From NCBI RefSeq assembly GCF_009914755.1, contig NC_060926.1: 64,000 bases of DNA; one strand, written 5' to 3'. A model generated the notes under the pieces. It was given only the letters and a program-made list of their open reading frames with translations. It was not told the origin of the DNA and did not search any database. The DNA is from the human T2T-CHM13v2.0 reference genome, Homo sapiens. Made by a program: the position numbers and the translations under genes. Shown piece by piece: positions 43,886 through 55,249 of this stretch (positions are counted from its first letter, which is position 1; every line of letters starts with the position of its first letter).

Positions 43886-44069
43886 CTGTAATAGTCTCCT
43901 GATCTTGGTCATTCCGTTTTTGTTCCATTTCTACCACTTTCCTCTGAATACCTCGGTAGTTAATGTCACTGAAGTCCTGCATGTTCTTCTTTACTCGTTC
44001 AGTGATAGGATCTGTCACCACTGGTGTGAAGCAACCCTTGTGTTTCTCAAAGTCTTCATGATATTTCAC
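43886..44069 (-). CDS. NEB: Nebulin exon 179: VKYHEDFEKHKGCFTPVVTDPITERVK...QETIT
   Basis: tttcag|GTG...ACAG|gtaact; 184 nt; nebulin repeat SDxxY motif. Confidence 0.95.
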
Positions 44070-44174
44070 CTGAAATGTCATGAATTTGCTTTATGAAAAT
44101 ATGATGGTGTGACTAAATCCCTTTTTACACATTCTGACAGGCAGCCAGCCAATCCTAAAGAATTCCTGACTCAC

Positions 44175-44282
44175 CGTTGAGATGTGCCGTTGGGTCTCCC
44201 TCACCCGTCTCATCTCGGGGGTATCCAATACATAGGCAGCTTTGCCTTGTATTTGTTTCCGGAAACTATCAGAATAAAGAAC
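44175..44282 (-). CDS. NEB: Nebulin exon 178: VLYSDSFRKQIQGKAAYVLDTPEMRRVRETQRHIST
   Basis: catcag|GTT...ACG|gtgagt; 108 nt. Confidence 0.95.
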
Positions 44283-44949
44283 CTGATGCAGGAGAGACCA
44301 TGAATGAGTGGTGCTGTCCTAAATCTGAAACCTCAAAGCCTTTCCAGCAGATAGAGATGGATAGGAGCTGGTGAGGGACGCTTGGGTCAACTGAAGGGGC
44401 CCAGTGAGACACATGACCAATTTTGGAACAGGCTAATCTGGGGACCAGAAGGGCCCGCCAGTGGAAGAGAAAGGACTTGTTTTGACTTCGAAAATGAAAC
44501 TCATTTTCAAAGAAGGGGCACGGTATAATTTTGAAAAGAGAGTGACCTCTTGAAATTTGCTAGGAATTACAGCATCAACATATTCGATGGTATTTGGCTC
44601 TAAATCTGACATTGTAGGGAATTTGAAAGAACTGTCCTTTAAAACAAGTGATTATTTTCCTTAGGTTATGTCCAGACTTCATAAACCAATATGCTAATAT
44701 AGAAATCAAAGTCCTCCAGACACTAAAACCCCAAAATATATCCAAAGAAGGCATCCATTTCAGAGTATTACCCATGTCATAAAGTATCTTAAAACTAAAG
44801 GAGAGCAGAAGATTGAGGATGTTAGGAAGTAAATTTGTTATAGTTGGTTACGTAGAACTACCTCAAAGTATAGGGGAAGGAAAACATTGGCAATTAACTT
44901 GTTATGTTTAGTATGATGGTTTGGAATGTAAAAGCACAGTTAATGTCTA

Positions 44950-45127
44950 TTTTAGTGTAAATTTTCAGTTGAATAAGTGCAAATTTTTATGGTGTTAAAA
45001 CGTTACTTTCCAAGATGTTGCATTTTTCTCTTTTAAAATTTTAGTGTGTTTTTCAGTTGAATGAGAAAGGCGTGTTTTTATGATGTTAAAATGTTATTTT
45101 CCAAGTTGTTGCACTATTTCTTTTTAG
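44950..45127. repeat. Two degenerate ~88-bp direct repeats
   Basis: ttttagtgt..tttcagttgaat..tttttat(g/t)..tgttaaaa.gtta.tttccaag.tgttgca occurs twice in tandem. Confidence 0.8.
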
Positions 45128-45140
45128 TCCTAGAAAATAC

Positions 45141-45233
45141 CGAGCTAATGTTTTCTTGGTTGCGCTTAGCTCTCTCCATCTCTGGAGTAACAGGTGTCGG
45201 AGTTGCTTTTCTCATGTTCTCTTTGTACAATAC
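45141..45233 (-). CDS. NEB: Nebulin Z-repeat exon 177: VLYKENMRKATPTPVTPEMERAKRNQENISS
   Basis: 93 nt, ag/gt bounded, phase 0. Confidence 0.95.
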
Positions 45234-45562
45234 CTAGGGAAGCCAAAAGAGCATCTAGGCATCAGACAGCAGAAAACCAGGTCTGAAAATCATCACTTAG
45301 CTGGTGTTATGGCTCATGTTATGGCTCAGTTATATCACACTGAAGGTAAAGCTATTAAAATGTTACGGTAGGAAGCAAAAGTTTAAGAAAGAAGTAAAAT
45401 CACTGTGACCTCGTGGGGTTGGTTTGTTGTTTTTAAGTGGACAAGGAAGAATTTTTAAAGATACACAAAAGTTTTGGAAAAACTGTAAGATAAATTAGTG
45501 GTACAACCATGTTTGCCAGGGCTGTTAAGATTTTAAGGATTTATTTTTCCTTTCTAAAATAC

Positions 45563-45655
45563 CGAGCTAAAGTTTTCTTGATTGCGTTTCACTCTTTCCA
45601 TCTCAGGAGTAAAGGGTGTGGGGGTTGCTTTCCCCAGGTTCTCTTTGTATAACAC
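45563..45655 (-). CDS. NEB: Nebulin Z-repeat exon 176: VLYKENLGKATPTPFTPEMERVKRNQENFSS
   Basis: 93 nt, ag/gt bounded. Confidence 0.95.
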
Positions 45656-45948
45656 CTGTGAGATACAAAGTCATGCCCGAAAGTCACTACGAGGTAATAA
45701 TCACTATTAATTATATTGCAAGTTGGGGGGAAATGCTATGTTTAATCTATTACTATTAGTGAGAACACCTCTCAAGAAGAAAGCTTAAAAATAGTTAATG
45801 GCTACAGTAAATGTAGTGTGATATTTAGAGCAGATGCAAATGTAACTGGCATTTTGTTTGTTTTTAACCTGGGACAGGGTTAGGAGCAGGCCAAACTGCA
45901 AGAGTTATTTTGCAAAATTAAAAGCACTTTTGTTTCTCAAGACAATAC

Positions 45949-46041
45949 CGAGCTAATGTTTTCTTGATTGCGTTTGACTCTCTGCATCTCAGGAGTGACA
46001 GGGGTTGCGGTGGCTTTCCCCACATTTTCTTTGTACAAAAC
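45949..46041 (-). CDS. NEB: Nebulin Z-repeat exon 175: VLYKENVGKATATPVTPEMQRVKRNQENISS
   Basis: 93 nt, ag/gt bounded. Confidence 0.95.
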
Positions 46042-46419
46042 CTATGGGAATCCAATGGGTCCAAAAAGCCAAAAAGAAAAAGAGTTAACAGTTACCAAAA
46101 AAGGAAATGGTACAGATAACTTTTGATTATCTTTAGGGCCCCAAACCATTTGGGCAATTAGGTTAGATGGAAAGTAGTATATGTTTCCTAAGGAAGTTAA
46201 GTGTAGTTACAGCAAGACACAACCAGGATAGGCACCTGCCCTGAAACCCTTGAGGACTGCAAGAGAGACCTGTGGTGTTCCTCAAAAGGATGAGAAACCA
46301 CCATCATTTTACCGCTAGTCTCTCAATGTCAAGCCCCTGAGAGATGATCCAAACAGGAGTTACAGGCATGAGCTTCAATCACACTGAGAAGGTTGAGGCT
46401 GCTCCTAATACATCAGCTG

Positions 46420-46738
<319 letters not shown>

Positions 46739-47082
46739 ACAGCAGCTGTTTTTTTACTGGACTGTTTTGCAGCACTTAAACTCTCATAGACATATCAGTA
46801 AAACTGTAGGCCCTCAGACAAAGCAAAGGGTTTCCCCTACCCTCTTTTTCTTTGCTATCCTCTATGCTCTGCCTCTTGCTTTAGTTTCATACAACATTCA
46901 GCTTATCATTAAGGAATAAGGTTTTTGGCTCTTATATCACTATCATGGCGAATCAGTGGAAAATGAGAAACATAGTAACACATCATGATAAATCCTCAAC
47001 CTCGGTATCTCCCCTCAGTGTCATTCTTGGAAACGTGGGAGATTTAGGAAATGACATTGAAGAGGAAGAATTCTGTTGAAAT

Positions 47083-47273
47083 AGTGATTCTCAACGTGGG
47101 GTCCTTGGACAGCAAGGTCAGTAATGAGAACTTGTTAAAAATGCAAATTCTCTGGCCCCCTCTATAACAGACCTACAGAATGAGAAACTAGAGCAGGACC
47201 CAGCAATCTGGCTTCACAAACCCTGCACGTTATTCTGATGCGTGCTAATGCGTGCTAATGTTTTAGAAGCACT
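47083..47273. mobile_element. MER5A hAT MITE
   Basis: agtgattctcaa...gaacttgttaaaaatgcaaattct...cccagcaatctg...ttagaagcactg. Confidence 0.7.
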
Positions 47274-47558
47274 GTACTCAAGTACTGGAGAAACCTACAG
47301 ATAGTGGAAATGTGGACACCACAAGGTTGTTTGCTACTGAAAGCTGAAGTCCCCCTGCAAACCTCAATCCCTAGGTAATTTACAACCATATATAATGTCA
47401 CAGAGCACAAGCTTACGGGAAATGGTTTACTAAAGTTTGCAGTTAAAGACTACAGTAAAACTAAAGAACAACAACAACAACAAACAAAAAACGAAAACTG
47501 GTAAAACAAAAAGCCATTCTGGTGACACTTTCATTTTTAAGTAAATTGATAATCAATA

Positions 47559-47650
47559 ATTGCCAAAACTACTATTGGATCATAATTTATATCATTATTC
47601 TTGAAGGAGGGGATCAGGGATTATTTTTCCCAAGGTCTCTTTGTCCAAAT
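47559..47650 (-). pseudogene. Decayed nebulin Z-repeat pseudo-exon
   Basis: After cag: AT TTG GAC AAA GAG ACC TTG GGA AAA ATA ATC CCT GAT CCC CTC CTT CAA GAA = LDKETLGKIIPDPLLQE vs LYKENLGKGIPIPITPE; 92 nt, in-frame stops, donor lost. Confidence 0.55.
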
Positions 47651-48071
47651 CTGACAGGGTAAATTAGAACCTGAAGTCATTGACACAAAAACACAACAAA
47701 ATCATATTTAAGAAAGAGCCGCATTGGACCTACTCCACCACCCCACACGTACCCGTCCTAAATTTCAAGCATATCTAAAACAAAGAGACCTTGGGGGTAG
47801 TGGATAGAGAGTAAGTTTGGAGAGAGAGAAGCAAAAGGATGTTTTATAGGAAAATCTGTTACTTCTTGATATTAGAACTTTATGGATTAAAGCAACCTTG
47901 TTATTATGGGGTTAGGCTAGAAGTAGCCCAAAGGAAAAAAGGGTAAATTTGCTAAAGAAATTTCACAAAATTTAAGTTGTCTTTAAAAAGTAGGATTAAT
48001 ATGTATTATTTTAAATCATAAAAGTAGTTTTTAAAATCAGTAAGTAGTTTTTTTCTTTTCTCGCCAAGTAC

Positions 48072-48164
48072 CGAGCTAATATTTTCTTGATTGTGTTTGA
48101 CTCGCTCCATCTCGGGAGTGACAGGTAAAGGAGTTCCCTTGCCCATGTTTTCTTTGTATAACAC
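48072..48164 (-). CDS. NEB: Nebulin Z-repeat exon 174: VLYKENMGKGTPLPVTPEMERVKHNQENISS
   Basis: 93 nt; copy A of the triplicated unit. Confidence 0.95.
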
Positions 48165-48736
48165 CTGTGCGATGAGAAAGCATCCAGAAAAACAACCATG
48201 AGTAACATTTCATTTGTTGAGAGGTTTTAAGGGTAAGGTCAACTTCCTTGTTAAGAAAACACAGTCGTCCAAGGAGCCAGAAGTTATATGCTGACAAAAT
48301 GCCACCAGCTACTTTAGTGGAAGCTGTTGTTGGGATGGGGAATCTGCACCCTCTAGAGAAGCAGGGACCTCAGCTGCTGGGGAAAGGCTGTCAGAGTTAT
48401 CCATGTTATTTTTTTTCATTTTTGTGAGTACGGTGCCTCCTAAACAATCACATGAGGATTTGAGACTGTTAGAACTCAGTGTTGTTATCCACACAAACGG
48501 AAAAACTCATTTTTAAAAAATGATTGAAAATATCAGATGAAATAAAAAATCAAAATTAACTGTATTATGGAAATGGTGTTAGGCTAGAAGTAGCCCAAAG
48601 GAAAAAAGGATAAATTTGCTAAAGAAAGAAGTTCACAAAATTTGTCTTTAGAAAATAGGATTAATATGTATTATTTGAAATCATGAAATAGTTTTTAAAA
48701 TCAGTAAGTAGTTTTTTTCTTTTCTTGCCCAAGTAC

Positions 48737-48829
48737 CGAGCTAATATTTTCTTGATTGTGTTTGACTCTCTCCATCTCAGGAGTGACAGGTAGAGGGGTT
48801 CCCTTGCCCATGTTTTCTTTGTATAACAC
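48737..48829 (-). CDS. NEB: Nebulin Z-repeat exon 173: VLYKENMGKGTPLPVTPEMERVKHNQENISS
   Basis: 93 nt; copy B. Confidence 0.95.
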
Positions 48830-49421
48830 CTGTGCGATAAGAAAGCAACCAGAAAAACAACCATGAGTAACATTTCATTTGTTGAAAGGTTTTAAGGGTA
48901 AGGTCAGCTTCCTTGTTAAGACAAAACACAGTTGTCCAAGGAGCCAGAAGTTATATGCTGACAAAATGCCACCGACTACTTTACTTTAGTGGAAGTTGTT
49001 GGGATGGGGAATCTGCACCCTCTAGAGAAGCAGGGACCTCAGCTGCTGGGGAAAGGCTGTCAGAGTTATCCATGTTATTTTTTTTTTTCCTTTTTTGTGA
49101 GTACCATGCCTCCTAAACAATTATATGAGGATTTGAGACAGTTAGAACTCAGTGGTGTTATCCACACAAACTGAAAAACTCATTATTTTAAAAAAAAGAT
49201 TGAAAATACCAGATGAAATAAAAAATTGAAATTAACTGTATTATAGAAATGGGAATGGTGTTAGGCTAGAAGTAGCCCAAAGGAAAAAAGGATAAATTTG
49301 CTAAAGAAATTCACAAAATTTAAGTTGTCTTTAAAAAGTAGGATTAATACGTATTATTTTAAATCATGAAAGTTTTCAAAATCATTAAATAAGTAGTTTT
49401 TTTCTTTTCTTGCCAAAGTAC

Positions 49422-49514
49422 CGAGCTAATATTTTCTTGATTGTGTTTGACTCTTTCCATCTCGGGAGTGACAGGTAAAGGGGTTCCCTTGCCCATGTTT
49501 TCTTTGTATAACAC
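49422..49514 (-). CDS. NEB: Nebulin Z-repeat exon 172: VLYKENMGKGTPLPVTPEMERVKHNQENISS
   Basis: 93 nt; copy C. Confidence 0.95.
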
Positions 49515-50055
49515 CTGTGCGATAAGAAAGCATCCAGAAAAACAACCATGAGTAACATTTCATTTCTTGGGACTTTTTAAGGATGAGGAAAAAACACAGT
49601 CATCCAAGGAGCCAGAAGTTATATGCTGACAAAATGCCACCGACTACTTTAGTGGAAGCTGTTGTTGGGATAGGGAATCTGCACCCTCTAGAGAAGCAGG
49701 GACTTCAGCTGCTGAGGAAGGGCTGTCAGAGTTATCCATGTTATTTTTTTTCATTTTTGTGAGTACGGTGCCTCCTAAACAATCACATGAGGATTTGAGA
49801 CTGTTAGAACTCGGTGTTGTTATCCACACAAATGGAAACATTCATTATTTTTAAAACATGTTTGTTTGTAAATATCAGATGAAGTAAAAAATTGACATTA
49901 ACTGTATTATAGAAATGGGAAAGTATATCCTTTTGTAATATAAGATGTATTAGAAGCAAAGAAGGGAAATGGGCTTCAAACAAAAATAAATAAATGTAAA
50001 GATCAGTTTAATTCTGAAGTTAAGTGGCATTTTTTCCCCTTTCTTTCCAAAATAC

Positions 50056-50148
50056 CGAGCTAAGGTTTTCTTGATTGTGTTTGACTCTCTGCATCTCAGG
50101 AGTGATGGGGATTGGAATTCCTGTCCCCAGGTTTTCTTTGTATAGCAC
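50056..50148 (-). CDS. NEB: Nebulin Z-repeat exon 171: VLYKENLGTGIPIPITPEMQRVKHNQENLSS
   Basis: 93 nt, ag/gt bounded. Confidence 0.95.
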
Positions 50149-51101
50149 CTGTATGATGAGAAAGCATCCAGAACAAAAAAAGCAATCAATCAGTCATTTT
50201 CCCCCTGCTTTGGAGCAGTTGGGAGTGGGAAGGGAGGAAGAGAGTAAGTTAGAGGAAGAGAAATACCAGAAGCTTTTAGACTCAACCTGTTTGTTTGAGC
50301 CTAAAGACATCTTCAAAAGCAAAGGAATGCAGGAAAGAGCAGCAAAAACTAAGAAATAGGAAAAGAAAGGTTGTTATTTTCATTGTTTGAACTAATCTCT
50401 GCAGCACTGAGCAACCGTGAAAGAGCAATTAGTCTTTTCCCACCTTGTTACAAGGAGGGAAAAAAGTAGAAACAGACAAGAAACCAAGGAAGTTACTTTT
50501 GATTTGAAAATGCTGTTAATCACATAGGGATATTTGGGTCTTACAAACATTGTGTATATGGAGACACATACACACAACTCTTCTTTTGTTCACTTTCAAA
50601 AGAAGTCAGAGTATTTAATTTTTAGTTTGGGTGAACACATTGAGAACAACGATGTTTAAGGCAAATGGAGAGCAATGATAAGGTGCTAAAAAAAAAAAAG
50701 AAACTTCAAAATATCTGTACAAATAACAGTAGAGATAGAAAAGGTTAGAATAAGAAACGAGGATAATAGTCGGATCTTTGCAAAATACATTTGTTTAAGC
50801 TTTAGGTTCAGATCAAATTTGCCAAAGCAGTATAAATAAATGTGGATGCTTAGACACTGAGAATGTTACATTTGTAAAAGCAGGAATATAATACTGAACA
50901 CTTTTTTTATTAAGTTAAATGATTATATTAATGTTTTACCAAAATGGGGAAAACTGATTCATAGGAAATGGCAGCATTAAGTTGGGAAAAAGACAGGTCA
51001 AATTTTTTATTGGGATGAGTTGATTAGATTTTTAAAATCTAGCCATTAATCTTTTTAAACATTTTTTTAAATAATTAAAGGGATTTTTTATTTTTAAATA
51101 C

Positions 51102-51194
51102 CGAACTAAAGTTTTCTTGATTGTGTTTGACTCTCTCCATCTCTGGAGTGATGGGGATTGGAATCCCTTTTCCAACGTTTTCTTTATACAACAC
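51102..51194 (-). CDS. NEB: Nebulin Z-repeat exon 170: VLYKENVGKGIPIPITPEMERVKHNQENFSS
   Basis: 93 nt, ag/gt bounded. Confidence 0.95.
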
Positions 51195-52401
51195 CTGTAT
51201 GACACAAGAAAGCATCCAGAAAAAACAAGAGCAGTCAAAACAGCCCTTTCATCTACCTTGTGGGGAACCTGGTATAAAACTACAGACGTCAGACAGAAAA
51301 GACAGATTCAACAAGTCAACCTCTCTGTTCAGGCACAGATCTGGGTGAGAACATGTTTTGTATTTCCTTAGTGAAATATCAGTGTATTTGATATTCATCA
51401 TCTTTTTATTGTAACTTGAATATATTTATTTCCTGTGCCAGGAATTAAGGAAAAAAATACAAATAATTTCCTAAGACCACTAAAATACTCAGTGTACAAT
51501 AGAAAAATTGCTTAAGTTAGATTAGCAAGTATTTATTTTCTCTACAAAAAGCGTTTGTCTTACGGTCTAACAAATATTTAACAGGCCAAATCTATGCAAT
51601 ATGGCAATTTGGTCCTTGTCATTAAGTTCAAGTTGTTGTAGAGATGGTCAGGTATAGAGGTTCAATATGTGGCATTGTCTATTTTCCACAGTATCTAATA
51701 GGCTTATGCACCACTGGGCAATTTTGCCTAAATGCAATCTGTGTAAAAATTAACACAAATGGTTACTTTAAAAAAAGTCCAGGATCATTAAGGTTTCAAA
51801 TAGATACAAATAATAATATACTTACTGTAGTATACAAGAAAATAATTAGAAAATAATTTTGAAAATCGTTGCAAGCCTTTCAATAAAAGGAATAATAATT
51901 ACAACCCACAGGGAAAACAATGAGTATAACATTCCAAAAGACATATTAACATTGAAAATTTAACAAAATTGAAGGATTGTTAGTGAATAGTAATTAAAAA
52001 ACAAAACAGAACAAAAAGACAGTGGGACCAAAGAAAGTTACTGATCTAATTATGTCAAAGAATCAAACTTTTAGAATATATTTAAACTGACAATTAAAAA
52101 TATTTTGGATTAATTCCCACTCCCCAGAAAAAAATCCATCTAAATTTTCCTAATGACATTTGATTCTCCATCACAGGTATAAGTGAACCTAAGGTCTTGA
52201 TATAGAAGCTTCAGAGTTGTATATAATAGACAGACAAATAATTTGTGTGTTAGAGTTTTTCAGCAACAATATTAATAAAAGATAACATTAAATATAAGCT
52301 CATGATCTGATTTGTATATTAAAAAAAAATCAGAAGGCCTGGATTTCTATTCATGAAATGGCTTGTTTTGAATAAGTATCAAAATAAGATTTCTTTCTTC
52401 C

Positions 52402-52708
52402 TTTTTTTTTTTTTTTTTTTTTGAAACAGGGTCTCACTCCTGTTGCCTAGGCTGGAGTACAGTGGCACAATCACGGCTCACTGCAGCCTTGACTTCCTAG
52501 GGTTCAGATGAACCTCCCACCTCAGCCTCCCAAGTAGCTGAGACTACAGGCATGTGCCACCACGCTTGGCTAATTTTTTCTATTTTTAGCAGAGATGGAA
52601 TTTCACCATGTTGGCTAGGCTGGTCTCGACCTCCTGGGCTCAAGTGATCTGCCTGCCTCGACCTCCCAAAGTGCTGAGATGACAGGTGTGAGCCACCACG
52701 CCTGGCCC
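52402..52708 (-). mobile_element. AluJ
   Basis: TSD aaaataagatttcttt. Confidence 0.9.
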
Positions 52709-53199
52709 CAAATAAGATTTCTTTTGGTTTCAATATGGAGCAATTTTCTTTCTTGGTGCTATTGTTTATCTGAATAGGGTCTATGTTAAGATGATCCCTG
52801 TTCCTAAGGAAGAGCCACCATTTCTATATGTGGCTTCAAGTCCAGTATCTTTTCTTGCATCTCTAACCCAGAAACATCAGATAAAAAGAGTTCCAAGTAA
52901 ATAAGAGCTTTAGTGTTTGGTTTTTCTTTTCTGGAAATCAATTAACTTCAACAGTCCCAACAACATAAAGATGAAAAGAGAAGGAAAGAAAAAGTTTTAA
53001 GGGACTATTATAGAAAGTATAAAATGTTTGTTAGAATCAAATGGTGAGTAGGAGATCTGGAAAACAGAAGGATTCAGTTGATGTGATTAAAAAAAGATTT
53101 TGTTAAATTGATTATTATAAAGGGATGAACAGTGAGATGTTCTGTTTTGTAGAAATTATTATTTTTTAATATGGAGTTAAAGAGCTTTCTCCCAAATAC

Positions 53200-53292
53200 C
53201 GAGCTAAAGTTTTCTTGATTGAGTTTGACTCGCTCCATCTCAGGAGTGACAGGTAGGGGAGTCCCCTTGCTCAAGTTCTCTTTGTACAATAT
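53200..53292 (-). CDS. NEB: Nebulin Z-repeat exon 169: ILYKENLSKGTPLPVTPEMERVKLNQENFSS
   Basis: 93 nt; within ORF 53074..53322. Confidence 0.95.
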
Positions 53293-53874
53293 CTGTGTGC
53301 ACAAAACCAACAAACAAATCAACCTGGACCCATCATTTTTTAGGTAGACTTAACCTAAAAAAACAGCCTAAAAGAAGTATTTTTATTGTTGTTTTTATGA
53401 TGAAGTACCTCAGTAACTTTTAAAAATAGAGTTAACTATAGATCCCCTTTGGACATTTAGTCACACACAGGATGTCTGTCTCTAAAAGACATCAGTAAAA
53501 CACAGCTGCCAGGCTGCCGGCAGGAGTGGCTTGACTTATGTAGGCCTTCTCTCAAAGACCAGAGTATCAAATAGCATTCAAACTAATTGAAATTAATATC
53601 CATGAGTTGTTGGTAACATTAAATTAGGGAACCAAAGAAAGAGGAGAGAGAGAGACAGGTAGGTTTGGGGGAACAAAATAAAGAATAAATGTTGAAAGCT
53701 AAATAATACTAGCTTTCAATGATACTGAAAGTTTTCCAAAGGAAAAATTAATTTATATCTTACATAGCATACAAAAAATAGCCAAGACAAGTAAATTATA
53801 TTTACTGTGAATTGCTGTGTTGTCTTTGAATGAAAATGTTTAAGAATGACATTCTTTTAAGAAAAGCTGCAAAC

Positions 53875-54211
53875 CAGTGACCTCTAATGAGATTGGAGAC
53901 TAGTATTGTAAGTGAAGTAACTCAGGAATGGAAAACCAAACATTGTATGTTCTCACTGATATGTGGGAACTAAGCTATGAGGATGCAAAGGCATAAGAAT
54001 GATACAGTGAACTTTGGGGACTTGCAGGAAAGAGTGGGAGTGAGGCGAGGGAATAAAACACTACAAATATGGTGCAGTGTATACTGCTTGGGTGATGGGT
54101 GCACCAAAATCTCACAAGTCACCACTAAAGAACTTAGTAACCAAATACCACCTGTACCTCCCAAACTTATGGAAAAATAAATAAACATCTAAACATAAAA
54201 AAAAAAAACTT
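53875..54211 (+). mobile_element. 5'-truncated L1PB-type 3' end with A-tail and TSD
   Basis: gaagtaactcaggaatggaaaaccaaacattgtatgttctcac; TSD aaaagctgcaaac at 53862-53874 and 54212-54224. Confidence 0.85.
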
Positions 54212-54600
54212 AAAAGCTGCAAACACAAAGAATACATTAAACAGCCACAATAAATACAAATAAAATTCTAATTAACATTGTCCTTTTGAAAGGGTGTTAG
54301 ATTTTACTTTTGACTGTGTTACACCAGTTAGAAACACCTACTGTTATTAAAGGAGGAATGGAGGAAGAAAACAGAGTATTACAGGTTTTTAAAGAAAGTG
54401 ATAAATATCTATGTTTTAGAGAAAACACAGTTAAAATTTCACACCAGAACTAAATACTAAATTAGATTTGGGTTGAAAACTGAGGTAATATTTGGTATCA
54501 TTATTTTCATTATATGAATTTAGTAATTTTACATTTGTAAGGTGTTATTATTTTAAATAAAATTAAGGGATTTTTTTTTTTTTGGCCCCCTAAGAAATAC

Positions 54601-54693
54601 CGAGCTAAAGTTCTCTTGATTGCGTTTGACTCTCTCCATCTCTGGAGTGATAGGTGTTGGGATTCCTTTCCCCAAATTTTCTTTGTACAAAAC
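54601..54693 (-). CDS. NEB: Nebulin Z-repeat exon 168: VLYKENLGKGIPTPITPEMERVKRNQENFSS
   Basis: 93 nt; within ORF 54553..54738. Confidence 0.95.
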
Positions 54694-55156
54694 CTGTGAG
54701 ATACAAGAAAGTACCCAGAGGACATTTAAAACAGGCACAGAGAGTAAGGAAGGAAGGAAATGGGGGAAGGGGTTATATGTGAGGAGGCAGTTTTTTAGTA
54801 AGTAATATTTAGTAAGGATAATGTTTTTACTTTTTTCACAGTTTTAATGATGAACTCTACAATGCTAATTCTGGAAATGAAAAAGTACAATGGAAAGCAT
54901 TAAGTTATATAACGCTGAGGAATCTTGTTAATTCTACTTATAGTATTTCAAATCTAGTCAAGTCACTGAAAATGTTCAAGTATAATCGGAAATGTGAGTC
55001 ATTTTGTATTAACATAATTTTGGTCAGGTAATAATACACAACACACACAGACACACACAGAATTGCTGTTAAGATGTTACTTTCTTTAAAAAAGATGGGT
55101 TATTGTGGTAAATTTTTTATGGGAAATAGTTTCTTATATGATATATTTGTAAATAC

Positions 55157-55249
55157 CGAGCTAAAGTTCTCTTGATTGCGTTTGACTCTCTCAATCTCTG
55201 GAGTCACAGTGGTTGGAATGCCTGTTCCCAAGTTTTCTTTGTACATAAC
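55157..55249 (-). CDS. NEB: Nebulin Z-repeat exon 167: VMYKENLGTGIPTTVTPEIERVKRNQENFSS
   Basis: 93 nt, ag/gt bounded. Confidence 0.95.

Larger units (their letters stand above)
47900..49920. repeat. Tandem triplication of a ~665-685-bp exon+intron unit (NEB exons 172-174)
   Basis: gttaggctagaagtagcccaaaggaaaaa recurs at ~47911, ~48578 and ~49260; intron sequence nearly identical between copies. Confidence 0.95.

Noticed and set aside
50075-54805. + strand ORFs such as MCLTLSISGVMGIGIP..
   Set aside because: Antisense translations of NEB exons, starting at non-ATG codons.
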